Source of the DNA: an uncultured delta proteobacterium
Lineage (GTDB): Bacteria; Myxococcota; Kuafuiibacteriia; Kuafuiibacteriales; Kuafuiibacteriaceae
Assembly: GCA_963803435.1 (NCBI GenBank)
Contig: CAWDML010000009.1
Coordinates: 992,001 to 1,056,000 of the forward strand
DNA: 64,000 bases
Direction of reading: 5' to 3'
The notes under the pieces were generated by a model, which had not been told where the DNA came from, did not search any database, and saw only the letters and a list, made by a program, of their open reading frames with translations. The first letter of the stretch is position 1. Every line of letters begins with the position of its first letter. The translations under genes were made by a program, and so were the position numbers. Of the stretch, positions 9,815 through 19,770 are shown piece by piece.

Positions 9815-10698
9815 GGCCCACGATGATCAAGCGCGCACTCCTCGTCCTTCCGCTCGCGCTGGCCGCCTGGTCGTGCTCGAAGAGCACCGAAGGTCTCGAC
9901 GACGCCGGAACGATGCCGCCCGACGGTGGCACGATCGTGAAGCCCGACGCTGGCTCCGTGGCCGACGCCGGAGCCGAGCCGGAAGCGGCCCGGCATCTGA
10001 TCCAGCTCGACCTCTTCGGTTCGATGCCGCTCGACAACGCGGTTGTCGATCCGCAGCTCGATCCGAGCTCGCAGAGCTGGCTCGCGGTCGGCGATCTTCA
10101 GGGCCAGGGCCGCTTCGTGCGGGCGCAGTTCCGAGAGCTCGCGCGCACGCCGGCGGGCCTGCCGGCGCTCCTCCTGCCGGCGCGCGACATGGACCCGCCG
10201 GACACGGTCCTGCTCGGATCCGTGAGCGCGGCCGGCGCCCCGCTCACGGCGTCGGTCTGGATCGGCCGCGCCTCGGAAGACTCGGCGGCGCTCACCGAAG
10301 CGCACCCGTTCCTGATCGCCACGCTCGCCGACGACGGCGTGGAGCAAGCGTTCGATCTGGTCCCGGACACCGGCACCGCCACCGTCAGCCTCGACGGCCT
10401 CGGCTGGCAGAAGTACTCCGCCACGGTGACGGAGACGTCCGTCGGCATCCTCACCTTCGCGGTGGACGATCGGGTGCACCTCCCGTTGTACGTGCATGCG
10501 CCGGTGGTCCTCTCCCGCATCCCGCTCCGGCTGGCCGCACCGATCGCCCGCGCGCGCCTCCTGACCGCACGCGAGCGGCAGGCCGCGAAGATGATCGCCG
10601 ACTGGCGCAGGCGCCGGCTGGGCGAAGCCAAGGAAAAGGTCGAACCGGTCCTCTCGCCCGCGGTGATGAAGGCCGTCCTGAGCCCCGCGAAGCGCTGA
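9811..10698 (+). CDS. Hypothetical lipoprotein
   Basis: Lipobox-like AWSC, DAG-rich linker, overlaps the upstream stop codon. Confidence 0.65.
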   Translation: MRPTMIKRALLVLPLALAAWSCSKSTEGLDDAGTMPPDGGTIVKPDAGSVADAGAEPEAARHLIQLDLFGSMPLDNAVVDPQLDPSSQSWLAVGDLQGQGRFVRAQFRELARTPAGLPALLLPARDMDPPDTVLLGSVSAAGAPLTASVWIGRASEDSAALTEAHPFLIATLADDGVEQAFDLVPDTGTATVSLDGLGWQKYSATVTETSVGILTFAVDDRVHLPLYVHAPVVLSRIPLRLAAPIARARLLTARERQAAKMIADWRRRRLGEAKEKVEPVLSPAVMKAVLSPAKR

Positions 10699-10711
10699 CC
10701 CGAACGCCTCC

Positions 10712-11932
10712 ATGGACGTCGGGATCGTGGGGTGCGGATTCGCAGGCGCGGCGGCGACGCTGTTCCTGACGCGCGCCGGGCACCGAGTGACCACGTATGA
10801 GGCCGTGCCCGAGCCTGGGGCGGTGGGCGCGGGCATCATCCTTCAGCCGACCGGCATGCTGGTGCTCGCAGAGCTCGGGTTGCTCCCGGCCGTGCTCGGG
10901 CACGGCGCGCCCATCGATCGTCTCCTCTGTCTCACCGGCCGACGCCGCTCGCTGGTCGACCTCAGCTACGCCAGCCTCGCCGAGGGTCTGTTCGGTCTCG
11001 GCCTCCACCGGGGCGCGCTCTTCTCCATCCTCTACGGAGCGGTTCGCGCGTCGTCCGCCGAGGTGGTCCTCGACTGTCTCGTCAATCGCATCGAGCGCAA
11101 AGGTGGGCGGACGATCCTGGTCGACGCCAAGGGCGGCGAGCACGGCCCGCACAATCTCGTGGTCGTCGCCGACGGCGCGCGCTCGCGGCTCAGACGCTTC
11201 TCCCGCGCGAAGGTTCGGGAGTATCCCTGGGGCGCCCTCTGGTTCGTGGCCCGCGATCCGGATCGGATCTACGGGCGCACGCTCTTTCAGGTGGTCCGCA
11301 GCACCCGGCAGCTCCTCGGGTTTCTGCCCACCGGACGGGGGCCCAACACGGACGACGGTCACCTGGTGAGCCTCTTCTGGAGCGTCCGCGGCGACCGGGT
11401 GGAGGCCTGGCGGAGCGGCTTCGACGCCTGGCGCACGCACGTCGTCGGCGAGGACGAGCGATCCGCGTTCATCCTCGATCAGATCGCCGGACCCTCCGAT
11501 CTCCTCTTCTCCCGGTATCACGACGTCGTCATGTACCCGTGGCACGCCGGAAATCTGGTGTTCATCGGCGACGCCGCCCACGCGACCAGCCCGCAGCTCG
11601 GCCAGGGGACGAACCTGGCGCTCTGCGACGCGATGGCGCTCGCCGGTGCGCTCGCGGGCGACGGCGAGCTCGACGTGAAGCTGTGGAGGTACTCCCGCGA
11701 GCGTCGGGCGCACGTCACCTACTACCAGCTCGCGTCTCGATGGCTCACACCGTTCTTTCAGTCGGACCACACCGCGCTGGGTGCGCTCCGCGATCTCCTC
11801 ATGCCGGTGGCGGCGCGGTTGCCGTTCGTGAACGGTGCGATGGTGCGTTCGATGGCCGGGGTGAAGCGCGGCCTGGTGCGCCGGTCGCTCGCCATCGCCC
11901 CCTATCAGCGGCTGCTCGCCGCCGCATCGTGA
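10712..11932 (+). CDS. FAD-dependent monooxygenase (aromatic hydroxylase type)
   Basis: GxGxxG (VGCGFAG), VVADGARS, IGDAAHATSPQLGQGTNLAL. Confidence 0.9.
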   Translation: MDVGIVGCGFAGAAATLFLTRAGHRVTTYEAVPEPGAVGAGIILQPTGMLVLAELGLLPAVLGHGAPIDRLLCLTGRRRSLVDLSYASLAEGLFGLGLHRGALFSILYGAVRASSAEVVLDCLVNRIERKGGRTILVDAKGGEHGPHNLVVVADGARSRLRRFSRAKVREYPWGALWFVARDPDRIYGRTLFQVVRSTRQLLGFLPTGRGPNTDDGHLVSLFWSVRGDRVEAWRSGFDAWRTHVVGEDERSAFILDQIAGPSDLLFSRYHDVVMYPWHAGNLVFIGDAAHATSPQLGQGTNLALCDAMALAGALAGDGELDVKLWRYSRERRAHVTYYQLASRWLTPFFQSDHTALGALRDLLMPVAARLPFVNGAMVRSMAGVKRGLVRRSLAIAPYQRLLAAAS

Positions 11933-11935
11933 CGG

Positions 11936-14815
11936 CTACGGGACGGCCACCAGCGCGCCGCCCAGGATCAGATAGGAGGGCTGCACCTCGGCCTGCGGGT
12001 TGCCGAGCCCGAGGCGGATGCCGGCCGGGAGGACGCCGCCGGCCAGGCTCGACAGATCGAGCGTCGGGATCGGCACGCCCTGGATCCCCTCGCTGAACAG
12101 CTCGGGGATGAGCTGCGCGAACAGCGTCTCCAGCTCGGAGACCAGCTGCGGGAGATCGATGGTGTCGTCGATCGGGGTGGCGAAGTCGAGGACGACCCGC
12201 GGCCCCGGCGCCACCTCGAACTCGATCTCGCCGGCCGCGTTGACGAAGACGCGGGCCTCGGCGACGGCGCTCGCATAGATGGTGGCAGCGATCGGCGGGA
12301 AGCCGGCGACGCCGCTCAGATCCAAGGCCAGCTCGAAGTCGCCGAGCGCGAGCTGGAGCGGGTAGGCCGCGTTCCCGCTCGGCGACAGGACCAGCGGCAG
12401 CAGCGCGTCGGCGCTGGCGGTGACGCCCATGATCTGTCCGTTGCCGACGAAGTCGGCCAGGTCGATGCTCAGACCGCCACCGTACCAGACCGAATAGAGG
12501 GCCTGGTTGAGCAGGTCGTACGCCAGCCCCACCACCAGATCGCCGCGTCCGGCCAGCCCGGCCGCCGTGACGCTCTCCTGTAGGATCCCGCCGAGCGGCT
12601 CGGGGTTCAGGACGCCCGAGGTGTAGATCGTGGTGTCGAACCCGAGGTTGCCACCGCCGGGGGCGAAGGCCAGGGAGCCGAGGTGCGTGTTGATGCCGAG
12701 GCTCACCGAGATCGGCGCCGGGATCTGCACGGAGGTGCCGAAGCTCAGCGAGGACAGGAAGTCGTCCACGAGCGGAGGAACCTGATCACGGATGACGTTC
12801 GCGAAGGCGGTCTCGATGCGACTGCTGATGGCGCCGGAGAAAAGCGAAATGATCCCGTCCACCGCCCAGTCGATCACGGACGGTAGGTTGAGGTTGATGT
12901 TGAAGCCGCTGAGTGTGACCGAGGGTGTCGGCATCGTCACGACGACGCCGCCGCTCTGCGTGATCACCTGGAGATCGCCCTGGATGACCGCCCGCTGTGC
13001 CGAAGCCGTCCCGGAGACTCCGACGCCGATGTCGCAGACGTCGCCGGTGGTGTGCATGTTCACCGAGAGGTTCGGGATCTCCACGCGCAGGTGAAGACCG
13101 CCGTTGATCGCGGTGATGTCGATGATCGGGGTGCCGAAGTTGACGCTGTCGACGTGGAGCTGGAGGGCGCCCGTGATGCTGACGAACGGGATCGAGCAGT
13201 CCGAGTTGTACGTGGTCACCGGGTTCGGGATCAGCGACCGGATGTCGGCCTGCTGGATCGCCAGCCGAGCGATGGTGGCCAGGTCGTCGACGTCGGGGGC
13301 GTTGTCGTCGAGCGCGGCCTGTCCGAGCCGCACCATCAGGCCGTTGGTGATCCGTCCCGTGGTGATGCGCGTATCCCGCGCGCGGCGGTAGTTGGACGCC
13401 AGCTCGAACGACTGGGCGAACATGCGCTCGTTGCCGGCCTCATCGATGGCGAGCCCTTCGAAGAGGTTGATGCCCCACCGTCCGATGATCGTGGTGCTGA
13501 AGCTCCCGTCCGCGGCCACGGCGACCGGCGTACCCTCGATGGTCAGCGTCGCCACGCTGCTGGTGGGGTCGGTGGCGTGGCCGCTGATCGTGATGGCCTG
13601 GCCGGGCGTGCTCTGAAGGATGGCGCCGCGGGCCGGCGTGTCGATGACGACCACCGGCGTGTCGCCGTCCACCCGGAGGGTCACGCAATCCTCAATCCCG
13701 GGCGCGGACGTCACCCGCGCGATCAGCTCGACGTCGCCGTTGCCGGTGAGCGTGACCCGATGGACACCCGCCGGCTGCGAGGCGTCCGCCGGTGCGCTCT
13801 CGAGCGTCCACTCGGAGGCGGTGTCGTTGCCGTAGGCGTCCGAGACCTGCGCGGTCAGCTCCACCACCGCGCCCCGAGGGTAGACGGGGAGCGCCGGGTC
13901 CACGGTCAGGATCGCGATGCGCGCGGGCGGGCCCGCCTCGACGGTGACCGTGACGGGCTCCGAGACCAGACCGGCGTCGGCGAGCGCGCAGGTGACCTCA
14001 TACGCGCCGACGACGGTGGGCGTGAAGCTGGAGGCGTCTCGGCTCGTGGGCGCAGGCGTGACGTCGAAGGTCGCCGGAACGACGGAGATGGCGTTGCCGG
14101 CGGCGTCCGTGAGCTCGCACGTCACGTTCACCTGGGTCCCGGCGGACGCGACCAGCGGGTTCACGCGGGCCGAGAGTCGATCCGGCTCCCCGGGCGTCAC
14201 GGTGAGCGTGGCGGGCACGCGCTCGAGCTCGGGCGAGACGGCGCAGGTGATCGCATACTCGCCGGCGAGCCGGCCCGCGATCGCGAGCTGGTCGATCGCC
14301 ACACCGTCGGCGGGTGAGGCTTCGATCTGGGCGGCTGCGTCGACCGCGTTGCCATACTGATCCTCGAACCGGCAGCTGGCCGTGCTTCGCTCACCTGAGC
14401 GGATCGTGCTCGGCTCCACCGTCGCGATCGATCGCGCGGCCGCGGCGGGCCGGACCTCGAGCTCGGCAGGGGTCGCGGTTGCGTTGGCCAGCTCGCACTG
14501 CACCTGGTAGCGCCCGGCGCGGTTCGAGGAGACGCGCGCGCCCTCGAGCGTTGCCCCGTCCGGCGTCACCGTGATCGTGACGTCCGGCGGCGCGACCTCG
14601 GCGGTGGTGCCGTCGTCGAAGGTCACCTTGCAGGTCACATCGACGCTCTGTCCCGCGACGACGCTCGCTGCCGACAGCTGGGTCTCGACGCGGACGGCGC
14701 CGTGCTCCTTGAACAGACAGACCGACGAGCCGCATGCGCCCGGATCCTCGCTGCAGCCGGCGGCGATCGAGAGAAAGAAGAAAAGGAGAGAGAGCCGAGT
14801 CCCGGCCTTGCCCAT
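11936..14815 (-). CDS. Large lipoprotein: Ig-like repeats plus BPI/LBP (TULIP)-like C-terminal region
   Basis: Lipobox IAAGC; several Ig-like repeats (D.yGN, G.Y.v.C); C-terminal half has a long beta-strand/amphipathic-helix pattern recalling BPI. Confidence 0.7.
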   Translation of the reverse strand: MGKAGTRLSLLFFFLSIAAGCSEDPGACGSSVCLFKEHGAVRVETQLSAASVVAGQSVDVTCKVTFDDGTTAEVAPPDVTITVTPDGATLEGARVSSNRAGRYQVQCELANATATPAELEVRPAAAARSIATVEPSTIRSGERSTASCRFEDQYGNAVDAAAQIEASPADGVAIDQLAIAGRLAGEYAITCAVSPELERVPATLTVTPGEPDRLSARVNPLVASAGTQVNVTCELTDAAGNAISVVPATFDVTPAPTSRDASSFTPTVVGAYEVTCALADAGLVSEPVTVTVEAGPPARIAILTVDPALPVYPRGAVVELTAQVSDAYGNDTASEWTLESAPADASQPAGVHRVTLTGNGDVELIARVTSAPGIEDCVTLRVDGDTPVVVIDTPARGAILQSTPGQAITISGHATDPTSSVATLTIEGTPVAVAADGSFSTTIIGRWGINLFEGLAIDEAGNERMFAQSFELASNYRRARDTRITTGRITNGLMVRLGQAALDDNAPDVDDLATIARLAIQQADIRSLIPNPVTTYNSDCSIPFVSITGALQLHVDSVNFGTPIIDITAINGGLHLRVEIPNLSVNMHTTGDVCDIGVGVSGTASAQRAVIQGDLQVITQSGGVVVTMPTPSVTLSGFNINLNLPSVIDWAVDGIISLFSGAISSRIETAFANVIRDQVPPLVDDFLSSLSFGTSVQIPAPISVSLGINTHLGSLAFAPGGGNLGFDTTIYTSGVLNPEPLGGILQESVTAAGLAGRGDLVVGLAYDLLNQALYSVWYGGGLSIDLADFVGNGQIMGVTASADALLPLVLSPSGNAAYPLQLALGDFELALDLSGVAGFPPIAATIYASAVAEARVFVNAAGEIEFEVAPGPRVVLDFATPIDDTIDLPQLVSELETLFAQLIPELFSEGIQGVPIPTLDLSSLAGGVLPAGIRLGLGNPQAEVQPSYLILGGALVAVP

Positions 14816-15005
14816 CGTGCGATTGTAGCCACTCCCGGATCGCGCGTGTTTCGGACGATCAACGGCCTGTGAACCGCAAAACCACATCGGAGCTACACAT
14901 ACAATGGGCATGCCGCACGCAACGGACGGGGAGGGCGGTGCCGGAGAGCAGCCGGCTTCCCGACATGGGAACGTCCGAGCTCGGGATGTGCGCGCTCACG
15001 GCGCG

Positions 15006-16157
15006 TCATCCGCCGCGCAGCCGCTCGAGCGAGCGGTGGAACCAGAGCGCGGATCGCTCGAGATCGCCGAAGAGCTGGGACGCGTTCGCCCGGCTCTCGA
15101 GGCCGCGCTGCATCGCCTCCACCACGAAGAGATCCTCGCGGGCGAACACGCCCCCGTCGATCAGCTCGAAGCTCTTGTCCCAGTGGGCCCTCGCCTTCTC
15201 GGTCTGGGGCGCCTCCGGGATCAGCATGGTGTGCACGAAGCGGGTGCGATCGACGCCCAGTGGGTGCGAGACCGCGACGCTCAGATAGTCGGGGTGGAGG
15301 ATCAGGATGGTGTTGGGGAAGAAGAGGTAGCTCGGAGTGGCCACGCTCCGCAGATCCTCGATCGCCTCGGATCTCTCCCGCGCCGCCACGATCGCCCGGC
15401 GCGCGACCAGCGAGCGGATGTGTTGACCGGCGGGCTCGGAGTCGAGACAGGCGTCGAGGAAGAACTCGTACACGCTCCGGCGGTGGAGGTGCCGGACGTG
15501 GTAGCCGTCGAGGAACGCCTCGATGATGAGCTTCCAGTTCCCCGCCACGACGCGCTCCACGCGGCGGTACGGATGGAGATGGTCCGCGTCGATGGCCTCG
15601 AGGTCGCGCTCGATGGGGGCGAGGAAGGCGGGATCGATCGGCTCGAGCGCCGCGAAGACGAACCCGTGCGCCGTGGTGGTCGGGACCTCGACCAGGTTGG
15701 ATCGCTCGGCGTCCCGGCCGCAGAACGACTCGGCGTGCCGAGCGAAGAGGAGCCGTCCCGAGAGATCGTAGGTCCAGCCGTGGTACGGACAGACGATCGC
15801 CTTGTGGACGCACGGCGGCCCCGTCTGGACCAGCTGGGTCGAGCGGTGGCGGCACACGTTCCGGAAGCCGCGGATCGTTCCGTCCTCTCCCCGCACCAGG
15901 AGGAGCGCGATGCCCGCCACCTCGACCGCGACCTGCGCGCCGGGCGCGTCGAGCTCCTGCGCCATCGCCACCACCTGGGGGAGGCGGCGGAACACACTGT
16001 CGAGCTCGCCCTGGAGATGCTCGCTCGAGGTGTAGTGCGCTCGCGGGATCTCACCGCTCTCCTTTGACGTCTCGACGGCTCCGTCGAGCTGGTGCTGAAG
16101 CGAGCGAAGCAGCGACGCGTGACACGCGGACAGGCTGGCTCTCTGCACGGTGATCAT
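15006..16157 (-). CDS. Rieske aromatic ring-hydroxylating oxygenase alpha subunit
   Basis: CRH..CPYHGW Rieske ligands; NWK..EAFLDGYHVRHLH and ED..V.E.MQRGL mononuclear Fe motifs. Confidence 0.92.
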   Translation of the reverse strand: MITVQRASLSACHASLLRSLQHQLDGAVETSKESGEIPRAHYTSSEHLQGELDSVFRRLPQVVAMAQELDAPGAQVAVEVAGIALLLVRGEDGTIRGFRNVCRHRSTQLVQTGPPCVHKAIVCPYHGWTYDLSGRLLFARHAESFCGRDAERSNLVEVPTTTAHGFVFAALEPIDPAFLAPIERDLEAIDADHLHPYRRVERVVAGNWKLIIEAFLDGYHVRHLHRRSVYEFFLDACLDSEPAGQHIRSLVARRAIVAARERSEAIEDLRSVATPSYLFFPNTILILHPDYLSVAVSHPLGVDRTRFVHTMLIPEAPQTEKARAHWDKSFELIDGGVFAREDLFVVEAMQRGLESRANASQLFGDLERSALWFHRSLERLRGG

Positions 16158-16188
16158 GGTACCCGGTATTGGAGGTAAATAATCTCGT

Positions 16189-16626
16189 ATGCAAGAGAAT
16201 CGTATCCGATCCTCCCTCGGATACGCTCTGATCAGGGCGTTTCGTGCGGTGAACCGGGTCACCAACCGCACCGTCCGATCGCTGGGCATGTCCGCGGAAC
16301 AAGCGCACATCTTGATGGTGCTCTGGGTCGAGGGCCCCCTGAAGACCGGGGAGCTTCAGCGGATGGTGGGGCTTTCAAGCGGGACGCTCACCGGCGCGCT
16401 CGACCGGATGGAGAAGGCCGAGCTGGTACACCGTTTGCCCGATCCGGAGGACGGCCGGGCCTGGCGAATCGAGCCGGCGCGGGCGATCGAGCGCAAGCGC
16501 GGCGAGCTCGAGACGAGGCTCGTCGACATGGAGGAGGCCTGCTTCAGGGTGCTGACGGCGAAGGAGCGGCGACAGCTCTTCGAGCTGCTGGAGAAGGTGA
16601 CGGCCTCGCTTCCCGAGGTTCGGTGA
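16189..16626 (+). CDS. MarR family regulator, divergent from the Rieske oxygenase
   Basis: LTGALDRMEKAELVHR.PDPEDGR winged-helix signature. Confidence 0.9.
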   Translation: MQENRIRSSLGYALIRAFRAVNRVTNRTVRSLGMSAEQAHILMVLWVEGPLKTGELQRMVGLSSGTLTGALDRMEKAELVHRLPDPEDGRAWRIEPARAIERKRGELETRLVDMEEACFRVLTAKERRQLFELLEKVTASLPEVR

Positions 16627-16629
16627 GGC

Positions 16630-17874
16630 TCAGTTCCACTCTTCTCGTCCCAGCAATCGCAGGAGGAGCGCCCGCGCCGAGGCGAGGTCGTACTCGACGC
16701 GGACGCGCTGCGCCGAAGCGCTGGTGAGCTCGAGCTGTGCGTCGGCGAGCTCGAGCGAGCTGCCGACGCCCTGCGTGTACCGCTCCTCGGCCAGCGCCAG
16801 GAGCTCGCGGGCCGAGGCGAGGGTCTGCTCCGCCGCCTCGAGCTGCGCCTTCGCGGAGTCGACGCCAATCTTCGCCTGCTCCACCTCGACCCGGACCTGC
16901 TGCTCGAGCCCGGTCAGGCGCGCCTCCTCGATCCGGACCTCGGCGTCGGCCGCGTCAATCGCAGCGGAGGTTCCGAGGCCGTCGAAGATGTTCCAGCTCA
17001 GGCCCAGCCCGGCGGAGGCGCTCCAGCCGGGACGTTCGAAATCGTCGCCGAAGAAGCCGGCGCCCACGCCCGCGGTGAGGGAGGGCAGAAACCGGCGCGA
17101 GGCCGCCGAGGCCGACAGCTTGCTCGCATCAATCGAGCGCCGGGCACCGGCGAGGTCGGGCCGCTCTGAAAACGCCAGCTCTGCCAGCGTCTCCACCGGC
17201 TCCGCCTCGGCCACCAGCGGCGACCAGGTCGGCTCGGCCACCTCGTAGTCCACCGTACCGGACCGACCCATCGCCTGGTTGAGCCTCGCCTTGGCGGCAC
17301 GCTCGTCGTTCTCCGCCCGCGCCACCGCCGCGCGTGCGTCGGCGACCTCGGTCTCCAGCCGCGCGAGATCGATCTTCGGGCGCAGGCCGACCTTCACGAA
17401 CTCGGCCACCTCGGCCCGGTGCTTCTCCTGGTTCGCCTGCGTCTCGCGTGCCACGCCCGCGAGCGCCTTGGCTTCGAGCGCGTCGATGAACGCGAGCCGG
17501 ACCCCGGCGACGACGTCGCGCTCGGTGAAGCGCGCGTCGAGCTGGGTGGCGTCGGCGCTCGCCTTGGCCGCGTCCCACTCCTTCCAGCTCCGGCCGAAGT
17601 CGTAGACGAGGATGTTCGCGTCGATCGATCCGGAGTAGGAGCCGCCGGTGTCCCGCGGGGTGCTCGGCGTGTTGCGTGCGGAGAGATCGTAGCGCGACGA
17701 CGCACCGATCTGCGGGAGGAGCGGGGCGCGCGCCTGGCGGGAGCGCGCCTCGGCCAGGTCCGTCTGTCCTTGCGCTACCTTCAGGTCGGGATGATTCGCC
17801 AGCGCCGTCTCTACCGCTTGCTGCATCGTGATGGTCGAGAGCGCCATCGTCATCGGGATCAGGAGCGACATCAC
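16630..17874 (-). CDS. TolC-family outer membrane efflux protein
   Basis: ALANHPDL, LLPQI, ERYTQGVGSSLELADAQ duplicated OEP repeats. Confidence 0.9.
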   Translation of the reverse strand: MMSLLIPMTMALSTITMQQAVETALANHPDLKVAQGQTDLAEARSRQARAPLLPQIGASSRYDLSARNTPSTPRDTGGSYSGSIDANILVYDFGRSWKEWDAAKASADATQLDARFTERDVVAGVRLAFIDALEAKALAGVARETQANQEKHRAEVAEFVKVGLRPKIDLARLETEVADARAAVARAENDERAAKARLNQAMGRSGTVDYEVAEPTWSPLVAEAEPVETLAELAFSERPDLAGARRSIDASKLSASAASRRFLPSLTAGVGAGFFGDDFERPGWSASAGLGLSWNIFDGLGTSAAIDAADAEVRIEEARLTGLEQQVRVEVEQAKIGVDSAKAQLEAAEQTLASARELLALAEERYTQGVGSSLELADAQLELTSASAQRVRVEYDLASARALLLRLLGREEWN

Positions 17875-19099
17875 TCGTACCTCAGGGCTTGAATGGGGTC
17901 GAAGCGCGAGGCCTTGAACGCCGGATAGAGCCCAAACCCGACGCCGACGATCGCGCTGAACACGAGTGCCACCAGGATGACGGCCGGCTGGATCAACAGG
18001 GGCCAGCCGAACTCCGAGACCAGATAGAAGCCGGTACCCACGCCGGCAGCACGCCGAGCGCGCCGCCGATGCTCGAGAGCACCACCGCCTCGACGAGGAA
18101 CTGCGTGAGGATGTTCTTCGACTTCGCGCCCACCGCCATGCGGAGCCCGATCTCGCTCGTCCGCTCGGTGACGCTGACCAGCATGATGTTCATGATGCCG
18201 ATGCCTCCGACCATCAGGCTGACCAGCGCGATGCCGCCGAGGAGCGCGCTCATCGTGTCGGCGCTCTCCTGCTGCGAGCTGGCGATGTCGGAGAGGTTAC
18301 GGACCTAGAAGTCCTCCTCGTCGCCTTCGCGGATCCTGTGTCGGGCCCGCAGGAGCGGGTGACGTCCTGCTCCGCCTGCGCGGTCGCCTCCTGGGAGGTC
18401 GCGCCGAGGAAGACGGTGCCGTCGATGAACTGCTGCAGGCCGCCTTGCAGCTTGGCGCGGTAGGTGGAGACCGGGACGATGATGACGTCGTCACTGTCGC
18501 CGCCGAAGCCCGAGCTGCCCTTCGGCTCGGCCACCCCGATCACCTGGAACGGGATGCGGTTGACGCGGATGATCTGGCCGATCGGGTCCGAGATAGGGCC
18601 CGAAGAGCTGGTCCACGACCGTCTGTCCGATCACCGCGACCTTGGCGCCAGTCGTCCACGTCCGCGTCGGTGAGCGCGCGTCCCTGCCCGACCTCCCAGT
18701 CGCGGATCTCGAAGTAGTCGGGCGTGGTGCCCTGCACCGACGTGGACCAGTTCGCGCCCTCGGCCATCGCCTGCGCTTGGTGTTGAGGAGCGGGCGCCGC
18801 GGATCGCACGGAGGGGACGTCGCTCTCGATCTTGCCGAGGTCCTCCCAGGTGATCGTGGGCTGGCTGCCGGCGCCGCCGCGCACGCCGCCGGCGCGGCTG
18901 GAGCCGGAGCGGACGATCAGCATGTTGCTGCCCATCGACTCGAAGGTGGCTCGACGCGGGCCCGGGCCCCGGCGCCGATGGCGGTGATCGAGACCACCGC
19001 GCCGACGCCGATGATCACGCCCAGCATCGTGAGGAACGAGCGCATCTTGTTGCGCAGGAGCGCGCGCACCGCGATGGAGACGATCCCGAGGAGAGTCAT
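17871..19099 (-). CDS. macB: MacB-type ABC permease (several frameshifts)
   Basis: [45 protein letters not shown] and PIQALRYE spread across frames. Confidence 0.88.
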
Positions 19100-19762
19100 G
19101 ATGCCACCTTCCCGTCCCGTACCTCGATCACCCGCGACGCGTGCGCGGCGATGTCCGGCTCGTGCGTCACCAGGACGACGGTGATCCCGCCGCCGACCAG
19201 CTCGCCGAAGAGCGCCATCACCTCCTCGCTGGTCTTGGTGTCCAGGTTGCCGGTGGGCTCATCGGCGAGGATCAGGCGGGGCTCGTTCACCAGCGCCCGT
19301 GCGATCGCGACGCGCTGCTGCTGTCCGCCGGAGAGCTGGTTCGGGTGGTGATGCGTGCGGAGCGCGAGCCCGACCCGCTCTAGCGCTCTCTGGGCCCGGG
19401 CGTGCCGCTCCTCCTTCGAGAGGCCGGCGTATAACAGCGGCAGCTCGACGTTCTCGACCGCGCTGGTGCGGGCGAGCAGGTTGAAGCTCTGGAATACGAA
19501 CCCGAGGGTGCGGTTCCGGATCTCGGCGCGCCGGTCTGCGATCCGCCGACGCCACCTCCTCGCCCGCGAGTCGATACGAGCCGCTGGTGGGCGCGTCGAG
19601 GCAGCCGAGGATGTTCATCAGCGTCGACTTTCCCGAGCCGGAGCTCCCCATGATGGCCACCAGCTCCCCATCGCCTACGGTCAAGCTGACCCCGCGGAGC
19701 GCCTCCACGGAGACCTCGCCCTGCAGGTACGTCTTGGTCAGGTCATTCACTTCGATCAGCAT
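19096..19762 (-). CDS. MacB/LolD-type ABC ATP-binding protein (frameshifted)
   Basis: Walker [10 protein letters not shown]; [12 protein letters not shown]; VTHE. Confidence 0.88.
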
Positions 19763-19770
19763 GGCTCACC

